This document shows, piece after piece, positions 1-9,274 of a stretch of 64,000 nt of DNA. The stretch covers positions 416,001-480,000 of the forward strand of contig OZ245842.1 of the NCBI GenBank assembly GCA_965228895.1. Reading direction: 5' to 3'. Source of the DNA: Alphaproteobacteria bacterium (GTDB lineage Bacteria > Pseudomonadota > Alphaproteobacteria > SP197). Position numbers and translations under genes: made by a program. The notes below the pieces were generated by a model. That model saw only the letters and a list, made by a program, of their open reading frames with translations, was not told where the DNA came from and did no database searches. How positions within the stretch are numbered: position 1 is the first letter of the stretch; each line of letters starts with the position of its first letter.

Positions 1-535
1 GCTTTATGAGTTCGCCGCGCATGGCGACGCGCAGCTTGGCATCAAGGTTCGACAACGGCTCATCGAATAGAAAGACGGCGGGGTCTCTGACAATCGCACG
101 GCCAAGGGCGACGCGCTGTTGTTGTCCGCCCGACAGCGTCTTGGGTTTGCGCGACAGCTGCTCGGTCAGCCCCAACGTCGCGGCCACCTCATCGACCCGG
201 CGCTTGATCTCGTCTTGGGGCATCTTCCGAAGCTTGAGTGCAAAGCTCATGTTTTCGGCAACCGTCATATGCGGATAGAGCGCATAGGACTGGAACACCA
301 TCGCGACATCGCGATCCTTGGCGTGGACGTCTGCAACGTCTGTATCGCCGATGAAGATGCTGCCCGATGTGACCGACTCCAGTCCGGCGACCATTCTAAG
401 ACTGGTCGTTTTGCCGGAACCGGACGGACCGACCAGCACCACAAACTCGCCACTGCCAATTTCAAGATTGATCGAATCGACGGCGGTCACGTCTCCGAAA
501 CGCTTGGTCAGGTCTTTGAGGCGGACTTCGGTCAT
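1..535 (-). CDS. Carbohydrate ABC transporter ATP-binding protein (MalK/UgpC family), 3' end beyond window
   Basis: Manual reverse-strand translation from ATG at 535: [14 protein letters not shown]...GPSGSGKTT (Walker A)...[11 protein letters not shown]...[14 protein letters not shown]...[11 protein letters not shown]. Absent from the ORF track because it runs off the edge. Confidence 0.95.
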   Translation of the reverse strand, partial: MTEVRLKDLTKRFGDVTAVDSINLEIGSGEFVVLVGPSGSGKTTSLRMVAGLESVTSGSIFIGDTDVADVHAKDRDVAMVFQSYALYPHMTVAENMSFALKLRKMPQDEIKRRVDEVAATLGLTEQLSRKPKTLSGGQQQRVALGRAIVRDPAVFLFDEPLSNLDAKLRVAMRGELIK

Positions 536-693
536 GACGATATACCCAAATAAGCGAGCTCTACCGCGACGAACAGTGCCACGCCCCAGAACCGGACCTC
601 ACCGGGCGTCAGCCAATGGCTTCTGGTGTTCCAAACACCGATCAGGAGCTGAAAGGGTGCGCAGACCGCGGCGACAATGACATGCTCCAGCAT
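532..693 (-). CDS. Small hydrophobic membrane protein (53 aa), translationally coupled to the ABC ATPase
   Basis: [21 protein letters not shown]...[19 protein letters not shown] has two hydrophobic segments; its TGA overlaps the ATPase ATG (ATGA, 532-535). Confidence 0.55.
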   Translation of the reverse strand: MLEHVIVAAVCAPFQLLIGVWNTRSHWLTPGEVRFWGVALFVAVELAYLGISS

Positions 694-695
694 GG

Positions 696-977
696 CTATG
701 GTTCCGTGTCGCGGTGCTGAGGTTTGAGCCAGAAGAAAAACGGAATGCTGGCCAGCAACGGGAAGACGAACAGGCCGACGGGCACGACGACGAAAAACGA
801 CACGCCGAGGTCCAAAAGCAATCCGCAGCCGGCCACCAAAAGAAAGCAATACAAGATGGACCACAGAGACGCACGAAGATTGGGTCGATCGATCAGTGTG
901 GGCCTCAGCAGTCTTGTTAGACGTTTACGTATTCGATTGCCGATGGGAACAACGATGCCGGCAACATCGTGATTCAT
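696..977 (-). CDS. Small membrane protein (~93 aa), hypothetical
   Basis: C-terminal part LWSILYCFLLVAGCGLLLDLGVSFFVVVPVGLFVFPLLASIPFFFW is strongly hydrophobic; stop lies 2 nt before the next ATG; start codon uncertain. Confidence 0.5.
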   Translation of the reverse strand: MNHDVAGIVVPIGNRIRKRLTRLLRPTLIDRPNLRASLWSILYCFLLVAGCGLLLDLGVSFFVVVPVGLFVFPLLASIPFFFWLKPQHRDTEP

Positions 978-1083
978 CGACCTGCAAGGTTCACATACAA
1001 ATTTCCATCGTGCTAGAGTGAACTCAAGTCCAACCGGCAAGGTGAACGCTTGCCGCCAGAAGGACAGGGGGAGGGGCGCCCGC

Positions 1084-2442
1084 ATGGAGCGGTCCGAGCG
1101 GTATGTGAAACTTGACGAGGGCCTCGTCAGCCGCAGGATTTTCTTCGACCCCGATATCTATCAGGTAGAGCTGGAGCGTATCTTTGCACGCTCTTGGTTG
1201 TTCCTGGGTCATGAGTCACAGATCCCCGAACCCGGCGACTATATGACCGCCTATATGGGCGAAGACCCCGTGCTGGTATGTCGTGGCGATGATGGCAAGG
1301 TGAGGGCGTTCCTCAATTCATGCCGGCATCGCGGCATGAAGGTGTGTCGGGCCGACCGCGGCAACGCGCGTCAGTTCACCTGCAGCTTCCACGGTTGGAC
1401 CTATGGCAACATGGGCGAGCTGAAAGGCGTTCCCTTGGGCAAGGATGCTTACGGCGAACGTCTCGACAGGTCGGCTTGGGGACTTCTCGAAGTACCGAAA
1501 CTCACATCCTATGGCGGCTTGATCTTCGGCAACTGGGACGCCGGTGCTGAGAGTCTGGACGGCTTTCTTGGCGAGTTCCGCTGGTACCTCGACGTCATGA
1601 TCGAGCGCCAGATAGGCGGCATCGAGTTTGTACCGGGCGTACAGCGTTACTCGTTGAACGCCAACTGGAAGATCGCGAGCGAGAACTTTGCCGGCGATAC
1701 CTACCACCTGCCGTACTCGCACGGCTCGATGTACAAACTCGACATTCCCCCACTCAATCCGGCGAGCCCCGCCAACAATGACTTTCGTGGCGAGCAAAAC
1801 CGTTACTACAACATCGGCCTCGACAACGGCCACGGCATGACTGGCGTCGTCTTTGGCGGCACCCGCTACGACATCGATCGCGAATTGGCCAAGACCTACG
1901 GGCCGGAGGTCGTCGAGTATGTCGAAGAGTGCCAGCAGCGGTTGATCAAAGCCTTCCCCAAGAGACAGGCTGGCGTCTACGCGCTGTCGTTCAGCAACAT
2001 GTTCCCCAACCTGTCGTTTAACGACTTCAGCGCGCTCAGGCCCATCGGGTTCTATCTTTGGCTGCCCAAGGGCCCCGGTCGTATGGAGGCCTGGAATTGG
2101 TGCGGCATCGACCGTGATGCGCCACAGGTCATCAAGGATCAAGCGCGCCTCGACTTCTCACGCATTCAATCGGTCAGCGGGATCGCGGCACAGGACGACA
2201 CGGAGAACTTCGAACAGGTCACCGAGGCAACTCGTGGCGTCGTCGGCCAGCGTTTGGACTTCAACTACCAGATGAACGTGGGACAGGAGCTGCTGGAGGG
2301 TCCGGAAGACTGTCCCGGTCGCTTCGCACCGTTCATCTCTGAAACCAACCAACTGAACTTCTATGCTCACTGGGCGGAGCTTTTCGACTCCCCCTGGTCG
2401 GGACAATCCCGTGGCCGGTCTCGAGTTGCAGCACAGCATTGA
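1084..2442 (+). CDS. Aromatic ring-hydroxylating (Rieske) dioxygenase, alpha subunit
   Basis: Rieske motif CRHRG...CSFHGW; mononuclear Fe motif ENFAGDTYHLPYSH and QDDTEN; GGGGAGG RBS before ATG 1084. Confidence 0.95.
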   Translation: MERSERYVKLDEGLVSRRIFFDPDIYQVELERIFARSWLFLGHESQIPEPGDYMTAYMGEDPVLVCRGDDGKVRAFLNSCRHRGMKVCRADRGNARQFTCSFHGWTYGNMGELKGVPLGKDAYGERLDRSAWGLLEVPKLTSYGGLIFGNWDAGAESLDGFLGEFRWYLDVMIERQIGGIEFVPGVQRYSLNANWKIASENFAGDTYHLPYSHGSMYKLDIPPLNPASPANNDFRGEQNRYYNIGLDNGHGMTGVVFGGTRYDIDRELAKTYGPEVVEYVEECQQRLIKAFPKRQAGVYALSFSNMFPNLSFNDFSALRPIGFYLWLPKGPGRMEAWNWCGIDRDAPQVIKDQARLDFSRIQSVSGIAAQDDTENFEQVTEATRGVVGQRLDFNYQMNVGQELLEGPEDCPGRFAPFISETNQLNFYAHWAELFDSPWSGQSRGRSRVAAQH

Positions 2443-2908
2443 GCAGTTCCTCTATCGCGAAGTTCGCCTGTTGAGTGAGCTTCGCTACGAGGAATGGCTC
2501 GATCTGTTCACCGACGATGCGCGTTACTGGATGCCGGCACGCGAGACGGTGGCCGATCAGCCCGATGCGGTTGCCGGGGAAGGCGAGATGGCGTTCTTCG
2601 ACGACGACAAAGAGTTTCTGGCCATGCGTATCGAGCGACTGCAGTCATCGCTTGCCCATGCGGAACGCCCACCTTCGCGCATGCGCTACTTCATATCGAA
2701 TGTGGAAATTGACGAGGCTGATGACGGTGACCTCGACGTGCGGTGCAACCTGATGGTCTACCAGTCGCGCCTTGAGCGCACCGAGGTGAGTTACGTCGGC
2801 CGCCGCGAGGACCGGCTTCGCCGTGACGGCGATTCGTGGCGCATCGCGCTTCGCAAAGTGATTCTGGATCAAACACTGGTGCCGAGGACGATGTCGACAT
2901 TCTTTTGA
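2411..2908 (+). CDS. Ring-hydroxylating dioxygenase beta subunit
   Basis: IEQFLYREVRLL...WLDLFTDDARYWMP...RMRYFISNV...GRREDRLR...RKVILDQ pattern; follows the alpha subunit. Start is GTG 2411 or ATG 2363. Confidence 0.92.
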   Translation: MAGLELQHSIEQFLYREVRLLSELRYEEWLDLFTDDARYWMPARETVADQPDAVAGEGEMAFFDDDKEFLAMRIERLQSSLAHAERPPSRMRYFISNVEIDEADDGDLDVRCNLMVYQSRLERTEVSYVGRREDRLRRDGDSWRIALRKVILDQTLVPRTMSTFF

Positions 2909-2950
2909 GGCACCGGCCCTTTCCGGCCGTTGCGTGTACCGGAGAACACC

Positions 2951-5017
2951 ATGACCCGAGACCCACGTTTCGATGTTCTTTTCGAGCCCGTTCAGATCGG
3001 CCCGGTAACCGCACGCAACCGTTTCTTCCAGGTGCCGCACTGCAGCGGGATGGGTCACCTGCTGCCACGATCTGACGCTGCCATGCGTAGCATGAAGGCA
3101 GAAGGTGGGTGGTCGGTGGTCTGCACCGAGCAGTGCTCGTTTCACCCCCATGCGGAAGCAGCACCCTATCCGGAAACCAAGATGTGGGATCAGGACGACG
3201 TCATCCGCATGCGGCATTGGACGGACGCGGTTCATCACCATGGCGCGCTGGCCGGGATCGAACTGGTCAGCAACGCATCAGCGCTGCCCAACTGGTACAG
3301 CCGCGAAATTCCGCTGGGTCCCTCACACACGCCGGCAACCTATAGCCACGACCCCGTCCAGGCGCGCGCCATGGATCTCGATGACATCCGCGAGTTCCGC
3401 CGCTGGCACCGCGACGCCGCGCTACGGTCAAGGGATGCGGGTTTCGATCTGATCTATGTCTATTGCGGTCACGACATTGCCATGCCCATGGACTTCCTGA
3501 CCCGGCGCCGCAACCGCCGCACCGACGCGTACGGTGGCAGCCTGGAGAACCGGGTTCGGCTTTTGCGCGAGCTCATGGAAGACACGCTTGATGCGGTTGG
3601 CGGGGACATGGCCGTGGCGTTGCGTTTCGCTACGGACGAGCTGCTTGGTGACGACGGCGTCACCTGGGAGGACGAGGGCTGCAAGGTCATTGAGATGCTC
3701 GCCGACCTGCCCGACCTCTGGGACGTCAACGTCAGCGATTGGGCGCATGATTCCGCGACATCGCGTTTTAGTTCCGAAAGTTTCCAGGAGCCTTACATCG
3801 CGTTCGTCAAAGGCATGGTGAAAAAGCCGGTCGTGTGCGTCGGACGCTTTACGTCGCCGGATACCATGCTGTCGCTCATCAAGCGGGGTGTGTCCGACTT
3901 TGTCGGCTGCGCGCGTCCCTCCATCGCCGACCCGTTCATTCCGCAGAAGATCGACGAGGGTCGTCTTGACGACATCCGCGAGTGTATCGGCTGCAATATC
4001 TGCGTGACCGGCCAGCACATGAAGACGCCCATGCGTTGCACTCAGAACCCGACCGTGGGCGAGGAATGGCGCCGGGGCTGGCACCCGGAGAGGATCGAAG
4101 CCAAGGGGTCGGATGCATCGGTCCTGGTGGTCGGCGCCGGGCCGGCGGGCCTGGAGTGCGCGTTGGCGTTGGGGCAGCGCGGCTACCGGGTCGGCCTTGC
4201 CGAGGCACGACGCGAGCTTGGCGGACGTGTCAGCGATGAATCCGCGATGCCCGGTTTCTCCGAATGGGCGCGGGTGCGCGACTATCGGGCGTATCAGATC
4301 GAGAAGTTGCACGAGCGTGTCGAGGTGTTCCGCGAAAGCGAGATGTCCGCGGAGTCCGTTCTCGAGGCTGGCTATCAGCATGTCGCGGTGGCGACCGGTT
4401 CGCGCTGGCGCCAGGACGGCATCGGGCGCGCCAACACAGCCGGGCCGATACCGGGCAGCGACGCGGCGCACGTCGTGACGCCCAATGACATCTACGCCGG
4501 TGCGATCCCGGTCTCACCGGTCGTGGTGTTTGATGACGACCACTACTACATGGGCGGCGCGCTCGCCGAGAAACTCCACAACGACGGGCTCAAGGTGATC
4601 CTGGTGACGCCTGCGCCGGTCGTATCGTCCTGGGCGGAAGAAGCGCTCGAACAAGAGCATATACAGTCGCGGCTCGTAGAAATTGGGGTCGAGATTGTCA
4701 CCGGTCACAACCTCGCCGGAATAGGCGCCGACCACGTCGAGGTCGACGGAGTCTATGGCGAAGGCACGCGTCGGATCGATTGTGCGTCGGTTGTCATGGT
4801 GACATCGCGGTTGCCGAACGACGCTCTCTATTACGCGCTCAGGTCATCGCCTGACCGGCTTGGGGATGCTGGCATCCAGTCGGTCAAGCGTATCGGTGAT
4901 GCCCTGGGTCCGGGCATTATCGCTGCGGCCGTATGGAGCGGACACCGTTACGCCCGTGAGCTCGACGGTCCGCCGCCGGGTGATGTCCCGTTCAAGCGCG
5001 AACTCGTTGTCGTCTGA
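2951..5017 (+). CDS. Trimethylamine/dimethylamine/histamine dehydrogenase-family iron-sulfur flavoprotein
   Basis: N-terminus RDPRFDVLFEPVQIGPVTARNRFFQVPHC keeps the 6-S-cysteinyl-FMN Cys; 4Fe-4S motif ECIGCNIC...C; GAGPAG ADP-binding motif; GGAG RBS. Confidence 0.92.
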   Translation: MTRDPRFDVLFEPVQIGPVTARNRFFQVPHCSGMGHLLPRSDAAMRSMKAEGGWSVVCTEQCSFHPHAEAAPYPETKMWDQDDVIRMRHWTDAVHHHGALAGIELVSNASALPNWYSREIPLGPSHTPATYSHDPVQARAMDLDDIREFRRWHRDAALRSRDAGFDLIYVYCGHDIAMPMDFLTRRRNRRTDAYGGSLENRVRLLRELMEDTLDAVGGDMAVALRFATDELLGDDGVTWEDEGCKVIEMLADLPDLWDVNVSDWAHDSATSRFSSESFQEPYIAFVKGMVKKPVVCVGRFTSPDTMLSLIKRGVSDFVGCARPSIADPFIPQKIDEGRLDDIRECIGCNICVTGQHMKTPMRCTQNPTVGEEWRRGWHPERIEAKGSDASVLVVGAGPAGLECALALGQRGYRVGLAEARRELGGRVSDESAMPGFSEWARVRDYRAYQIEKLHERVEVFRESEMSAESVLEAGYQHVAVATGSRWRQDGIGRANTAGPIPGSDAAHVVTPNDIYAGAIPVSPVVVFDDDHYYMGGALAEKLHNDGLKVILVTPAPVVSSWAEEALEQEHIQSRLVEIGVEIVTGHNLAGIGADHVEVDGVYGEGTRRIDCASVVMVTSRLPNDALYYALRSSPDRLGDAGIQSVKRIGDALGPGIIAAAVWSGHRYARELDGPPPGDVPFKRELVVV

Positions 5018-5081
5018 CATCGAGAACGCCGGCAAGTGACCACGTGTAATTGTGCAAACGAACAACAAGGGAGGAAGTGAT

Positions 5082-6476
5082 ATGATTGGTTTGAGTGTGA
5101 AGCGACTTAGGAACGGCTTGTTGGCCAGTGTCCTTGGTGCTGGTCTTGCTGGCGCATTTGTGCCGGACAGGGCGGCCGCATGGACGCTTGAAGAAGCAGC
5201 GAAACCTTACGCGGGCACCGAGGTGATCGGGATTTGCGACGGCTATTCCCCATGTCTCGCCTATACCGAGATGGCCAAGAAGTTCGAGGAACTGACGGGC
5301 ATCAAGGTAATTCTTGAAGTCGCCGACCTCGAGGCCGTGTGGCGCCAGGTGTTGGCCGATCAGCTGACAGGCGGCCAGTACTACGACATCTTTCCTGCCG
5401 CCAACAACCAGACCGCGGCCTTTGCGGCACCGGGGTTCACCACCGATCTCAACCAGTTCATGAACGATCCGGCCCTGCGCGATCCCAGCGTCAAGGTCGA
5501 GGACTTCGTGCAGGCTCACTTTGAAATTTCCGGCCACTATGAGGACGAGCTGGTTGCTGTCCCCTATCACTACCTGCCGCCCTATGCGGCCTATCGGACG
5601 AGCATCGCCAACGATCCGACGGAACAGGCGAACTTCAAGGCTGAGTACGGCTATGACATGCCGTTGCCGCCCACGACCTGGGAGCAATTCCGTGATCTCT
5701 CCGAGTTCTTCACCCGTGAAGCAGGCGAGACGCTGGCCGGCGAAACGCTAGAGACCAACTTCTACGGTACGGTCGCCGCGTTCAAACGACACCTCACGGT
5801 GTTCTATGACTACGAACGCATCCTGCTCGGCATGGGCGGCGAATACGTGGATGCGGACTTCAACGTGAAGATCGACGACGGCGATGTCGGCGTCAAAGCG
5901 CTCGAATACATGCTCGATCTCAGGCAGTTCGCACCGCCCGGACACACCGAAGCGACGTGGGACACCGAGTACGCCGAGATGTGCAACGGCAACGTTTTCA
6001 TGATCTTTACCTGGGGCGACACGACGCCTTATCTGGAGATCCCCGGTGACTGTCCGGCGTCGGCCGGCGACATGACCTATTTCGTCCACCCCGGCACGAA
6101 TGTCACGGGTGCGTACGGTCAGTCGTGGATCATCCCCAGCAGCGCCCAGCACAAGGAAGCCGCCTGGCTGTTTGTTCAGTGGTTGCTGACCCAGGACGTG
6201 CAGAACGAGTGTCTGCCTTTGGGTTGCCTCGCCGTCAGAAGCGACGTTCTAGGCGATCCGCGCTGGGAGGATGAGTCGTGGGAGAACAGTCAGCGCGAAG
6301 CCATTCACATCTGGCTCGACGAGAACGGCAAGCTCTACGAACTGCCGAACACGCCGAACTGGTTTGTCTGGCAGGACATCATCATCGAGGAGCTAAGCGC
6401 GGCCGGTGCCGATCAGCAGGACGCCGAGACGACGATCGCCAATATCGCGTCACGCATGCGCGAGGCCGCCGAGTAG
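5082..6476 (+). CDS. ABC transporter substrate-binding protein (sugar-type, CUT1 family)
   Basis: Signal peptide ending AAAW; FKAEYGYDMPLPPTTWEQ motif; AAWLFVQWL; GGAGG RBS. Confidence 0.88.
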   Translation: MIGLSVKRLRNGLLASVLGAGLAGAFVPDRAAAWTLEEAAKPYAGTEVIGICDGYSPCLAYTEMAKKFEELTGIKVILEVADLEAVWRQVLADQLTGGQYYDIFPAANNQTAAFAAPGFTTDLNQFMNDPALRDPSVKVEDFVQAHFEISGHYEDELVAVPYHYLPPYAAYRTSIANDPTEQANFKAEYGYDMPLPPTTWEQFRDLSEFFTREAGETLAGETLETNFYGTVAAFKRHLTVFYDYERILLGMGGEYVDADFNVKIDDGDVGVKALEYMLDLRQFAPPGHTEATWDTEYAEMCNGNVFMIFTWGDTTPYLEIPGDCPASAGDMTYFVHPGTNVTGAYGQSWIIPSSAQHKEAAWLFVQWLLTQDVQNECLPLGCLAVRSDVLGDPRWEDESWENSQREAIHIWLDENGKLYELPNTPNWFVWQDIIIEELSAAGADQQDAETTIANIASRMREAAE

Positions 6477-6602
6477 CCTGCTCGGTGCTGACAAGAGAGT
6501 GGCCCTGTGCGTGGCGCAGGGTCACCTTTTTGTCGACCAACGGTCCATGTCATTTGGGTGATGGTCGTTGGCGATCGTTCGCGGTGACGGGAGGGAAGAT
6601 TG

Positions 6603-6908
6603 ATGTATGAGATCGATCCGGATCGCACGGACTTGATCGAGGAGTTTCGGCGAAGTCCGGGTGGTCCCTACAGTCCGGAACTAGCGTTGTTGGTCAATCG
6701 TCTCCGTCTCAGTCCTTTGGGCGAACGCTACATCCTGGTCTGCACCAGGCGCGGAACGGAGTGGGCCGTCGGCATGATGCCGACACAGCGAGGTCAAGCC
6801 GTCGAACTTCTGAACGGTCTGACCTTCAACGACTACTACGACGCGGCGCGCGAGGTGTTCCGATTGCGCTGGCAGGCCGTTACCGGCAAGGAACTCTCGT
6901 ATGCCTGA
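6603..6908 (+). CDS. dmfA1: N,N-dimethylformamidase-like small (alpha) subunit
   Basis: ~100 aa with EEFRRSPGGPYSPELALLVNRLR...EVFRLRW pattern, directly upstream of the large subunit. Confidence 0.8.
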   Translation: MYEIDPDRTDLIEEFRRSPGGPYSPELALLVNRLRLSPLGERYILVCTRRGTEWAVGMMPTQRGQAVELLNGLTFNDYYDAAREVFRLRWQAVTGKELSYA

Positions 6909-6935
6909 TTTGATTCGCCGGAGAGAGGCGGAGAC

Positions 6936-9161
6936 ATGAAGAAGATTGTCGGCTACTCGAACGAATGGAGCGTCGCGCCCGGCGATACGCTCGAGGTCAA
7001 GGTCAGCACCTATGGCCCGCAACACTACAGGGCCGATCTCGTACGCGTCATCTGCGGCGACGACGAACCCGATCACGGCATCTATCGCGAAGAGGAGATC
7101 ACGGCGGCGTTCGCCGGCGAATACACGGGCCGCACCCAGATCATGGCGGCGGGGTCGTACGTCGTGGTGCCCGCAGCACCGTCATTGCAGGGTCTGACAA
7201 GCTTTACTGTGCAGGCCTGGATCTTCCCGACCACGCCGTCCAATGGCGAGCAGGGGCTGATCGCCCACGGTACGACTGGCACCAGTGTTGGCTTTGCCTT
7301 GGTTATCGATAAGAACGGCGCACTCGCCTTACGAACTGGCGACGGTGCCGGCGGTGTCTGGGAAACCACGATGGGTGTGGCGCTCGCGGCGCGGCGCTGG
7401 CATCTGGTGGCGGCGGCCTTCGATGGGGAACGCGGGGAGGTTCTGTTACATCAGGTCTCTTCCGGATCTGTCGTCGAGGCTGGCAGTTCGATCTGTTCAA
7501 GCGGCAAGGCGGCGTTTTCGCCGGTCGGCGATGACGATCAGCCGCTTTTGATGGCCGCACTTCCTTCTGACGCCCCTTCAGGCGTGTCGTCGCACTTCAA
7601 CGGAAAAATCGACCGGCCCCGGATTACAGGGCGCGCTCTGTCGTCAGACGAGATTACGACCCTGGCGTGGGACGCCGCGCCGCACGAGCGTGAGTCCGCG
7701 CTTGTCGCGGGTTGGGACTTCTCGCTTGATATTGGTTGCCAAAGCATTAGCGATGTTGGCTTCAACGGCCTTCACGGCCATACGGTCAACCTGCCATCGC
7801 GTGGCGTAAAGGGGTTCAACTGGTCGGGCAGGGAACAGAACTGGCGCCACGCGCCCGATGAATACGGTGCCATACACTTCCACGACGACGATCACTATGA
7901 CGCCGGCTGGGAAACCGACTTCACCTATGTCGTCCCGGACGATTTGAAGAGCGGTGTTTATGCCGCGCGCCTCGCTGCCGAGGATGACGAATGGTACATC
8001 ACGTTCTTTGTCCGGCCGCCCCGTGGCACGGCGACGTCCAGGTTGGCCTTCCTGGCCTCGACCGCGACCTACATGGCGTATTCGAATTATCGCTGGCAGA
8101 TGCACGAACACTACGCGGAGGTCACCGAGAGCTACTGGACGACCCTGGACAAGGGCGACGCTTTCCTTCAGGAACACCCAGAGTTCGGCCTGTCGACCTA
8201 TGACCATCATTTCGATGGCAGCGGCGTGCGTTATGCCTCGCGGCTGCGCCCCGTTCTCAACATGGCGCCCAAGACACCACTGTGGAGCTTCAATCCCGAC
8301 ACACACATCCTGGGCTGGCTCGAAGAGAAGGGGATCGACTACGACGTCATTACCGACGAGGACCTGCACCACGAAGGCGTCGGCTTGTTGGAACCCTATC
8401 GCGCCGTCGTGACCGGGACACACCCGGAATACTACACGACCCCCATGTGGGAGGGGTTGCGCGGGTATCTTTCGCGTGGCGGTCGGCTCGCTTATCTGGG
8501 TGGCAACGGTTTCATCTGGCGCTGCGCGTTTTCCTCCGAACTGCCGGGCGTCCTGGAATTGCGACGGGCGGAAGACGGCATCCGCTACCGCGACGAGGAG
8601 CCCGGCGAATACTACCTGGAGTTCACCGGCGAATACGGCGGTCTATGGCGCCGCCTGGGCATGGCGCCGCAGGCGCTTGTCGGCGTCGGTACGGTGGCGG
8701 TGGGCTTCGATGTCTCCGGGTACTATCGGCGCACGCCCGAAAGCTTCGATTCCCGGGCGGCCTTCATCTTCGATGGCATCGGCGACGACGAGATAATCGG
8801 CGATTTCGGCATCTTGGGTGGCGGCGCCAGCGGGTCGGAAATCGATGCCGTTGATCCGCTGCTCGGCACGCCTGTTCATACGTTGGTCGTGGCAAGCTCG
8901 GAGGGACATTCGGCCAACACGTGGCTGGTGCCCGACGAGACCGGATTTCATCACAGCGCCATGGACGGCCTGCAGAACCCACGCATCAAGGCCGACATGA
9001 CCTTCTTTGAGACGCCCGGCGGTGGCGCTGTCTTCTCGGTCGGCTCGATCGCCTGGGGCGCCAGCCTGCCGCACAACGGTTACGACAATAACGTCGCGCG
9101 GGTATCGGAGAATGTGCTCCGCCGGTTCCTCGAGCCGGAGCCCTTCGCGATATCCGAGTAG
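6936..9161 (+). CDS. dmfA2: N,N-dimethylformamidase-like large (beta) subunit
   Basis: 741 aa with LamG-like insert; TYMAYSN, STYDHHFDG, GTHPEYYT, YLGGNGFIW, GSEID and VFSVGSIAW motifs characteristic of DMFase beta. Confidence 0.9.
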   Translation: MKKIVGYSNEWSVAPGDTLEVKVSTYGPQHYRADLVRVICGDDEPDHGIYREEEITAAFAGEYTGRTQIMAAGSYVVVPAAPSLQGLTSFTVQAWIFPTTPSNGEQGLIAHGTTGTSVGFALVIDKNGALALRTGDGAGGVWETTMGVALAARRWHLVAAAFDGERGEVLLHQVSSGSVVEAGSSICSSGKAAFSPVGDDDQPLLMAALPSDAPSGVSSHFNGKIDRPRITGRALSSDEITTLAWDAAPHERESALVAGWDFSLDIGCQSISDVGFNGLHGHTVNLPSRGVKGFNWSGREQNWRHAPDEYGAIHFHDDDHYDAGWETDFTYVVPDDLKSGVYAARLAAEDDEWYITFFVRPPRGTATSRLAFLASTATYMAYSNYRWQMHEHYAEVTESYWTTLDKGDAFLQEHPEFGLSTYDHHFDGSGVRYASRLRPVLNMAPKTPLWSFNPDTHILGWLEEKGIDYDVITDEDLHHEGVGLLEPYRAVVTGTHPEYYTTPMWEGLRGYLSRGGRLAYLGGNGFIWRCAFSSELPGVLELRRAEDGIRYRDEEPGEYYLEFTGEYGGLWRRLGMAPQALVGVGTVAVGFDVSGYYRRTPESFDSRAAFIFDGIGDDEIIGDFGILGGGASGSEIDAVDPLLGTPVHTLVVASSEGHSANTWLVPDETGFHHSAMDGLQNPRIKADMTFFETPGGGAVFSVGSIAWGASLPHNGYDNNVARVSENVLRRFLEPEPFAISE

Positions 9162-9274
9162 ACATGGTCCCTTGGGGCCCACGATCGACCCCCGCGATGT
9201 TGCTGTCGTCGGACGCCTCTACTTTGACGAGGACGATGACATGAAGCCAACGTCACATCGACACAGGCGTCAGC

